DNA of 63,972 bases, filler included, from Salisapilia sapeloensis CBS 127946 (taxonomy: Eukaryota > Protista > Oomycota), in NCBI GenBank assembly GCA_023334545.1. It is 10 parts of 10 records of this genome, joined end to end, with 100 filler letters (N's around TTAATTAATTAA, not from the genome) between each part and the next. Parts side by side here need not be neighbours in the genome. Positions count along the whole stretch, not along the records: positions 25,111 to 55,843 come from JAADVB010000221.1; 9 more parts are not named here. One strand, given 5' to 3'. Position numbers and translations under genes: made by a program. Positions within the stretch are counted from its first letter, which is position 1. Every line of letters starts with the position of its first letter. Shown piece by piece: positions 45,601 to 53,217 of this stretch. Below the pieces are notes generated by a model. It made no database searches, was not told the origin of the DNA, and worked only from the letters and a program-made list of their open reading frames with translations.

Positions 45601-46377
45601 CACTTGCGTTCGAACGAGCTGGTCGTAGATTTCAGGGTCCATCTCGAGAACTTTTTGGCGTCTCAAGCGCGCGACAAGCTTGACGGCTTCATGGGATTGG
45701 TTACATCGACCGAGACATCGGACCATTGCAGAGACATGAGAGTTGTCAATCGGACTGGCGAGACCATTGTCGCGGGTAGCATAGTAGACGAAGCGTTTCG
45801 TAGCGTGAGGGTTTTTGGACTTGCCGAGAGCTTCCAAACCGGCTCGGAAGGCTGCATCTGAGAGTAATACTTTCCTGTCGACGAAATCCATGATATGACT
45901 TTGCACACCACGCCAGTCCTGTCGAGCGATGCACGCTTGGATGACAAAGTCCACACTTGTAGTCGTTGGAGCGATCCCGTCAACAGACATGTTATGCAGT
46001 AGACCAGGGATCAGATCCAAACGACCTTGACGAGCGCACGCGACGATCGCACTTTCGTACATGGTAGCATTAAGTGCGATTTGCTGCGAGTCGCTTTCGT
46101 CTAACAGTTTCAAAGCTTTATGCCAATCGCCACTATCACGACAAGCATCTAGGTCATTCTCAAGCTGTTTGGTGGCAGCATCTTTGGATCCATTGGACGG
46201 AATCGATGAGGTGGAGAACGAGCTGTGAGGAATAGAAAGACGTGTCGAAGCTGAAATTGGCTGACTGCAATACTGGAGAGCTACCGCAGGAATTTTACGG
46301 CCACTGTGACCTTTTGATAATGCGTGGGCAGCAGCCAACGGCTTGGCAGAGCCCATGAACCGACGTGCTCGAAGCAT
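42640..46377 (-). CDS. Pentatricopeptide-repeat protein, probably mitochondrion-targeted
   Basis: PPR-like helices (YESAIVACARQG, YTTTIAALVKDG, FAAAIRAHGRLQ, ISAAVTAYTRSG); R/S/A-rich, acid-free N-terminus. Confidence 0.82.
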   Translation of the reverse strand: MLRARRFMGSAKPLAAAHALSKGHSGRKIPAVALQYCSQPISASTRLSIPHSSFSTSSIPSNGSKDAATKQLENDLDACRDSGDWHKALKLLDESDSQQIALNATMYESAIVACARQGRLDLIPGLLHNMSVDGIAPTTTSVDFVIQACIARQDWRGVQSHIMDFVDRKVLLSDAAFRAGLEALGKSKNPHATKRFVYYATRDNGLASPIDNSHVSAMVRCLGRCNQSHEAVKLVARLRRQKVLEMDPEIYDQLVRTQVLNKRLPEALHTIAEAHQKQFALSEPVYTTTIAALVKDGKQWSARTLFDEMIAHEVQPSSYCYGRMIVSSCRVGKHAEAWDFWKIMQELQQHEELKVKKYAAILSDINYTKDNKVTLSIFEFLLERVEPNYIPDSAFAAAIRAHGRLQNTEKAIELFDLLVASRQKTRQSLPSFAGFYLSTFNALSRDEKRDPEQNIFDAKRAWDIMNRALPKVLPPAYASLANVFASNGELETLDELVERWDEIYTPPKIKDQDVEEALDEVVEETTHRDSLLYHGMLSGFAKAREDPSEQVWSHLAAMHARGLPIDDRIIKSCAECFIKHENWQMIKKLLQLVDLSVLEEPTETFGVVTTKLLEVKGWESARLWMAKARRNKLHPVYRGKGAALHALNADGSDNYRVAFALAMNTFSFKELSTANALSLCDAMDVLMREEQPVMVLRLFNRLDKAYLQNEANVIEVPLRMYKLVIKALMKRNPVESPVTNENLERAAELCTQMLQKYPTKLDSEAVSLAISIRASVRDDDDVISLFEMMQQHGMEANSYAISAAVTAYTRSGQMDKVIALRDDLLNKKDELEAASVSGVDVEEDVDGILQDAVEPSLLDAMEQRGLPAALRTVLNSFALTRMDEEITKTVTMFPTTKTSDVVSAYVHAKRLERAVAHYDETCHPGQFSSVLRKMSVPNKKHYDPILSAAFLLKFARLHGLQKLRSKESVSKVSRLLLRDGHLDEAYEVLQMYESEEGQELLRELAPEVQKDTMEMMLYAYGEEGDFERLGALLTRQLQPFAIDVRHFETAMEYCVQRRNLEHTTGGKASRKEQKGAAKGLQLFEALRQQFIQPTGGVYLLALQSCLRLDLLDSTGKLILADAKDQRMMKQIALELMKVTTKAKHEREARARRGIGRLTKKQRQALEESLAKDSIDVYELAKVALYLHHNGIEMSGKVASTFASFEKELSKDMVNELRYLAKFQAKNDSKAAPGQRWGQVYLDELE

Positions 46378-46772
46378 CTTGTATCAATAATGTTCTGCAA
46401 GTAGAAATACTCTGTGAATGTGTTTGATAGGCTGTTGTAATTGCTGGAAGGCTGGTAGACCAAAGGTGCTTCTTCCAACGGCACGCACTTGCTATCGAGA
46501 TGAACCAAGTTCTGCTCTGGCGTCGCGATCGACTCGAGCAGCTCACAACCAAGGAATCAGGCTGTCAACATTCTACCACAAGATTGGATAAAATTTATTA
46601 TGGAGGATATTTTATTGGAGGAAAAAGGATTGGTAATCTGGGTAGAGATCTTGAAGCGATGCGAGATGGATACCCACCTTTCTAGGATCTATTTTAGTCC
46701 TTGGACCTGATACTGTGTTTGTTATGCTCTCAATGTTCATCACTGTATGATCGATTTAAGAATACCTGGAAA

Positions 46773-47801
46773 ATGACACATCGAAAGTGCCAGCCTGTGC
46801 CTACAAAGGCTTGTAATGAGGCTAAAGAGACGAAGAATGAGAATGCTCATGTGTTTGGTACTCTCGAGGACTACTTCAATGCGTCTTCGACGTACAAACC
46901 GGAGCAAATGAAACAAGTGAACGATCACTTACCGGCGAACATGCTTCCAAGTTCGGCAATGGCAATGGAAAGACCTGAAATGGAAGAAGAAGTGAACGAA
47001 GATTCTGATGCGAAAGCCACTGAAGGGACGTCGGCAGCTGACGAGAAAGACACTGCAGGAGTCGAGAAACAGGAAGAAAAAGATGACGATGTTGACCCAT
47101 CCTTGATTTCTGCGTCAAGAGTTTCGACTGCTTCAGCAGCTTGCGATGAATATAAAGATGATCTGGATGCGTTTGAGACAGAAGGCGAACCCGATGACGT
47201 CGCTGGGATGACGCTTAGCGATTATCTTCATGCCCACGATCAGGACAGTATATTAAATATATCAGTGCCTCTTCAAACAACGCCAGCGGAGCAGAAAGAT
47301 AGTAAAACATCGACGAATGAACAAAAGGCTACGAGCAAACCTTTGCCGTCGAAAGAACTCGTCTCGGGGATGACACTTGAAGACTACCTTGGTGCCTCAT
47401 CAGTCCAGAAAGCGGAACATCCGACGGTAAACGATATGTCGAGTAGGAAGCAGCCTTTAAAGGTGAACGATAGCTCCCATGAACATCCTCCCATGTCCAA
47501 GCTATTACAAGGACATCCAGATGGCATGCATACACATCGAAAAGCTCGATGGAAACCTCGACAACCAAAGGTGCAGTCGACGGAAGTCATGACCAAACGA
47601 TCTGTTGGGAAGTCCGTTTTACCTACAAAGGCAAGTCCCACGAAGAAAATGAATGCCACATCAGCTTATCATGTTAAGAAAGGTGCATTCGATGCATCAG
47701 CGCCACTGCCCAAGCTACATCAAGGAGGTGGGAAGCAGATGCATTTAACGCATCCAAGTCAAGAGGACGTCGCCACGAAGCGGCTGCCACGTCTATCCTA
47801 G
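46773..47801 (+). CDS. Hypothetical low-complexity/disordered protein with three (M)TL[ES]DY[LF] motifs; start uncertain
   Basis: Open frame of more than 340 codons between two genes, with a polar/charged composition. Confidence 0.6.
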   Translation: MTHRKCQPVPTKACNEAKETKNENAHVFGTLEDYFNASSTYKPEQMKQVNDHLPANMLPSSAMAMERPEMEEEVNEDSDAKATEGTSAADEKDTAGVEKQEEKDDDVDPSLISASRVSTASAACDEYKDDLDAFETEGEPDDVAGMTLSDYLHAHDQDSILNISVPLQTTPAEQKDSKTSTNEQKATSKPLPSKELVSGMTLEDYLGASSVQKAEHPTVNDMSSRKQPLKVNDSSHEHPPMSKLLQGHPDGMHTHRKARWKPRQPKVQSTEVMTKRSVGKSVLPTKASPTKKMNATSAYHVKKGAFDASAPLPKLHQGGGKQMHLTHPSQEDVATKRLPRLS

Positions 47802-47835
47802 ATAAAGCTTAGACAAGTGAAGATGAACTGTTTCT

Positions 47836-49312
47836 TTATTCCTCTGGTTTAAACGTCTTTTCAGCGAAATACTGCTTCATTCTCTCCACTTTGTCCACCG
47901 CAACATTGTACGCCGGGTGCACTTGTCCAACGAGATTCTCTGGATCTCCAAACACCACCGGTTCTTCTTTTCCGTTGCCATGCTGCGCGACGGACAGACC
48001 TGCGAGGCAATAGCAGGAATGATAATGATCCCTTGGCTTCCCTGGTTTGTCCCGAAGGCCACCATCCAACTGCTGACAGCACTGGATAATATACTTTTGC
48101 AGCTGTTCTCGATGGCTTTGGAAGACGACGTTCTCGTTGCCAAACTTTTTTCGCAAAGCACTGTCGACGAGTGCTGGGAGGGAGCCTTGCCAGAAGCTGT
48201 AGCAGCCATCTACTAGTTTATTTGTGCGGCCTTGATACCCGCCTTCGAACGGCATTTGTCTGTTGATGAGCCAGAAGACGAATGCTTCCAAGTCTTGCAT
48301 TTTATCGACACTGTCCAGAATGTACAACGCAGCGACGGCGCAGAACGAGTAGCCACCATGCGCCTCGTTGCCTGGTTCACCTCCAAAGCCTCCTTCGTAC
48401 GTTTGGCAGGAGGTGATGTAGTCGACTACTCCGGCCTTCAGCTCTTCCGTGAGGATGCCAAAGAGACTGGCGATCGAGATCACGCAGTACGTGACACGGA
48501 CATCCACTTCTCTATAGAAACCATGAGTCTGATGATACTAGTGCACGAGTAACATAGTAGATAGTACCCTCCGTCATGGGCTGAGAATGCACCGCTAGCA
48601 TGGTCCTTTCGGCTACAAAAGAATTTGTAGAGAGCTTGTCGGTCGACAACCTCATAAGCTTCTGGAGTGCCGAGGAGAGCAAGGGCCAAGCTGGACGCAT
48701 ACGTTGTAGCCGTATGTCCAAATTGCATCGGAGCACCTCCAAAGCCGCCAGCGTTCAGTGGAGACCAGTAGTGTCGGATCGTACCTACATGGCCTCTACG
48801 TGTCAGAAGAGATAAAATATGAATGATGCGGACGAAATACCGATTGCTTGGTCGGCATATGGATCCAAGTTTTCTCCCAACAAGTCTAGTCCATTTAGAA
48901 TCCAATAGATGATCCAAGGATGGCTAGACATTCACAGATGAGGTACGAAGACACTATAAAATGCGTAGGCAGTACCTCGCATCCAATGCGACGAATCCAT
49001 GTGGAAGGCGCCTCAAGCCACTGCGCAGGTACTTGATATGCTTTTCACGCATAAGCCTCGGCTATAAGGTGATAGAACGTTATTTAACACACTGCATCTA
49101 GTGCTAGCCACAGAATTTTCTCCAGTACGTACTTGCAATTGATCATTGACAAACTCGGTTTCTTTGAGCTCATACAACTGGTCTGGTGGCAATCCAGTCA
49201 GCGGAAAGTAGTACATTGCACAGCTCTGTTCACACTCTTGCTGGTCTCGAAAGGTTTTCGTCGGAAACCCATCGCTTTGTGCACGAAAGAGCTCGATCAC
49301 AGATAGATCCAT
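47836..49312 (-). CDS. FNTB: Protein farnesyltransferase beta subunit, 5 exons
   Basis: REKHIKYL..LDASHPWIIYWIL, GGFGGAP.Q.GH.A.TYA, DVRVTYC, YEGGFGGEPGNEAHGGYSFC, GRTNKLVDGCYSFWQ and GLRDKPGKPRDHYHSCYCL. Confidence 0.95.
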
Positions 49313-49448
49313 CTCGTCCTCTACTTTGGTCGTCTTCTGGTCGAAACGAATAAAACCAAATTTAAACGAATAATAAATCAGAGAAACGAATATCCGATTT
49401 ACTATTATTTTCTACTTTTATCTGTAAATGGACAGCTACTTCCGTGAT

Positions 49449-51463
49449 TCACGTTAGTCTCTCGATTGTTTCAGATAGTTCACGTAGAGCTTTATCGGCG
49501 AAACCTTGCTTATTGTTCGTTCGAGTGACTTTCGTCGGCCAGTGACCGCATGTGACACAAAAGTCTTGACTGGCATGCGAGAGCTCGAATCCACATGCTG
49601 GGCAATAGCCATCTGAACCGTGTGCTCTCTTCTTGCCCAAGTTGTCTAAACTTTGAATTTCTTCTATCAGCTTTTCAAAGAAAAAGAGATGTTCTCGGTC
49701 TCGGATGACAACTCGATGCTCTTGCATCACGTGCCTCCTTTTTGCCTCCAACTCTTCATCCGTCCAATACAAGTCAAAATACCCCATTCGCAACGCCGTT
49801 GTCCCTGCACCTTGCTCAATCGGCTCTTTGGTTCGCCATTGAGAATAGCTTTCAGGAAATGCTTTTCGTAGCACCAACTTTCCATAATCAATCTTTCCAG
49901 ACCGAGGGACTGGGCATTGCTCTCCCACAACGTCCTCTTTCTTTAGTTTTAATGCGAAATGGATGACTTTTGGATCTAGAAAAGGACTCAGGACATTCAT
50001 ACCGAAGGAAGCTGCTAGCTTAGAAGAAGTAAACTGCATCACATTTGCAATCTGAGCTCTGTAGGCTTGCAGCGCTTCTTCGTCCATACGATGGTAAAAT
50101 GAGTAGCCACAGAAAATCTCGTCAGCTCCATCTCCTGTTACTACTGTCTGAACACCTAACGCTGCAGCCTTTTCCAGAGTAGCATAGATTACAAGGCTGT
50201 TACGTAGCTCCATTGGATCGAAGGACTGGAGGATGCAACTTACTTTTCTAGCTTTCATGACAAGGTCCTCAAGTGAAATTTGAAGGATATGATGCTCTCC
50301 AATCGATACGCCCTCCAATCTCTGGTATATAGCTGATGCAAATGAAGCATCGTTGGCCGTTGGATTAGCTTGAAGGCTTAGAGCATGATCGAACTTTAGA
50401 ATAGGAACTGCACTGCCGTCTTTATCAAGAGATATGCGTTCGCCAATCGTATCTGCATGGATTACCTGGCTGCTTGCTTCAGCTATGATGGATGTGTCAA
50501 GGCCACCGCTGAGTAAGATGGCATTATTATCCGAATTAGAGAGTTGCTGTTTGCTCTCGGTCAGAACTTGTTGGAGAAGCTGTCGACAGCGAACGACATT
50601 CTCTGGCACTGAATCACGGAGGTAATCAGTACATTCACAATTACCATAAGCATTGGAAACGTCCATGAGGTACTTTAAATCTTTAGTATAATGATACAAG
50701 ATCTGCTCGGAAGAGTACATTTGATTGTGAGACGGAGCCAACGTAATACGAGGTAGGACCCATGCCTTCCAAGCATCTTGCGATATACCCGACTGCTGTT
50801 TTCGACTTTGTTCAAATGCTGCTTCCATTTGCTCTGACAAGACTGAATGCAGATCGCCAGTGTGATCACAAAGATCAGGCTGCCTCTTAAGTCCAAACTC
50901 TTCCTCTTCTTGAGGAGAGAGACCCTCCACATCGAAAATGAGTGCACAGCGAAATGCAAGCCAAGGTCCTAGTGTTGGATGTAAACAGAGCTGAGATGCC
51001 GGACAGTGAGAAACAGCTTTCGAGGCCAGTGCCATCTTTTGAGCGAGAATCATTTTGGATGGCTCAGTATCTGCCACCCAGTACGTGCTGCTTGGACGTG
51101 AAACTTTGTCTGGAAAGGAACGTATTGCAGAATCTACAGATGATTGTACATATCGGTCGATTGGATTCGACTCTATCATGCCACCGTTGCTGCTCCATTC
51201 CTGTGTAATGCTGTCCATAAAAGGTTTCCAGAGTGCCTTTGAATTACCAACAAGAAGCACGAGGTGCGAATTTAAACTAGACGAACTAGTCTTCAACTTG
51301 AACTCTCTATACTTTGGATTGGGCGCAGAAGCTGCAGAAGCATCCAAATATGAATTGTATTGCTCAACAGTCGTGGGAATGAGTACATCGAGGCCTCTAT
51401 CAATGATAGTCCATAAATCAATATATTATTTTACTTTTGATCACATGCATAATGCTTATTCAT
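49449..51463 (-). CDS. Fusion: CblC/MMACHC-like cobalamin-processing domain + asparagine-synthetase-like ATP pyrophosphatase domain + C-terminal CxxC..CxxC; start tentative
   Basis: MMACHC-like GLDVLIP..YN, LVLLVGNSKALWKPF, NPID, ILAQ, CLHPTLGPWLAFR and YSSEQILYHY. AsnB-like LSGGLDTS, TGDGADEIFCGY, PFLD, GKLVLRKAF and WRTKEP. Both lie in one stop-free ORF. Confidence 0.8.
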
Positions 51464-51669
51464 TTACTTGGTAACCAGTGCTTTCTGGAAGAGACGAACG
51501 AGGTCTAAAGAGCTGGTGGAATGGGTCGACATCGGTTTTGTCGTTCGTGTCCACTTTTTGTTGTCAGCTTCGCTCAAGTGCGAATATATCTTGAAAAGAT
51601 GTACGTTTCAGTGCACCTTTTCAAGATCCAAGGAGCAGCCTCGAGTAGTCCTCTTCCGTTCCTGACACG

Positions 51670-53074
51670 ATGATGGCTACTGCAAGCATGATGACGATGC
51701 CTATGTTAATCCTGAACATGGGTTCAGAGATGATTTACGTCTTGGACCAGCGGCTTCGAGCACAAAAAGTGCCACGAGAAAAAAGCACGAAAGGTCTGTG
51801 TCATGTCTTCATCGATGCTTCGATCAAAAATATCATTTGCATTCTAACTGTATTACTTGATAGTCCTGGATGATCTACTACGAGCACTTCATAGAGAAGA
51901 CTTTATAGCTGAAGCTTTTCGCCCTCAGTCTGTACACCACACGAATGCAGCACTAAGACAAGTGTTTGACAAGTTAGCCCATTCATCCATCATGAAACTC
52001 AATTCAAATTCCATGGACAAGGTAGTCAATGTACAAGTCATTAAATTATCCTCTCCATTCACAATTGTATATACTCTTGTAGCTATACGAACTCATGCGG
52101 ATGGGTTTTAAGCATCAGTTGCTCATGTGTGCATCTGCAGATGAGATTCTGCAGGTGACGATGAACCATTTGACCACGACGAAGGGATTGACCGACTGCG
52201 AAAAGGTTAGAAGTCTCATCGACGAATCAGCTCAGAAAGTTACGCAGGTACTTGGTCCCATTCGTTTGCTACAATAAGCTCAATCATGCCCAACTATTTC
52301 CTTGGACAGACGTATGGCCCGATGCTTCCAGGAGACATGTTCGTACTCAAGCAGGAGCTTCTCCTCTTCTTCCAAGACGCTCGTGTCAAAGTATCTCTCT
52401 TTCTACAGACTGGCGTGCAAGAGAAGGACGGCACCATCATCTTACGTTCTGATGGTAACACAGCTTCTGGAGGTCGGAAACCTGGCAGAGTATGCTATTT
52501 TGACGACCAGGGAAGGAAAACCAAAGAGGACTCCTTCTTCATCGCGAGTGCTCAGGAAAGTACGACAGCTCCGACAGGTCACATCCTGAAGCGAGACCCT
52601 GTCCATCCGTACCTTGGCTGTAACATTTACAATACCGAAAATCGTGGTGTTCCTATCGCTCCAAAACCCAGTGACAATGCAATGGCTTCAGCCGGAAAGA
52701 GTGACGGAGTGAAGGCTGCTGCCATGCCTCAAAAGCAGTTCAAAGCAACAGGGTCGGACGGATTAAACTTGCTTGCAAGTCTTGTTGGTACTGGTGCAAC
52801 GAAAGCTTCTGCCAAAGACCAAACGGATAGTGAAGGTCACAAAGCTTTTCGCTTTAACCTCTTCCCGGAAGACGACAGTTCCAAGGCCAAAGATAACGAT
52901 GAAGACCCTGTACCAACGATTTGGATCGATGCATCGAGTGATCCAAAGCAGGCACTCGGCGTCGTACATGACTTTGATGAGGCCAAACTCGATAAGAAGA
53001 AAACAAGAACAGACGATGACACGGACGATCTACTTGTTCTAATGGATACCGCTATTCGAAGTGACAGGAAATGA
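51670..53074 (+). CDS. OSCP1: OSCP1 (organic solute carrier partner 1 / NOR1) family protein, 4 exons
   Basis: MPMLILNMGSEMIYVLDQRLRAQ, LRQVFDKLAHSSIMKLNSNSMDK-LYELMRMGFKHQL and LLLFFQDARVKVSLFL. Confidence 0.9.
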
Positions 53075-53217
53075 GGAAGAAAAAGACTTAGCTGAATGCT
53101 AGACGTTTCAAGATTTCTTTGATTATGCAAGTACCTTTACTTCAAAATAAACAGCAGCATCTTTCACTACTGCCGTTGAAAAGGCTTGAGGTACTTTTGA
53201 TTTGCTTTCACAAGCAG

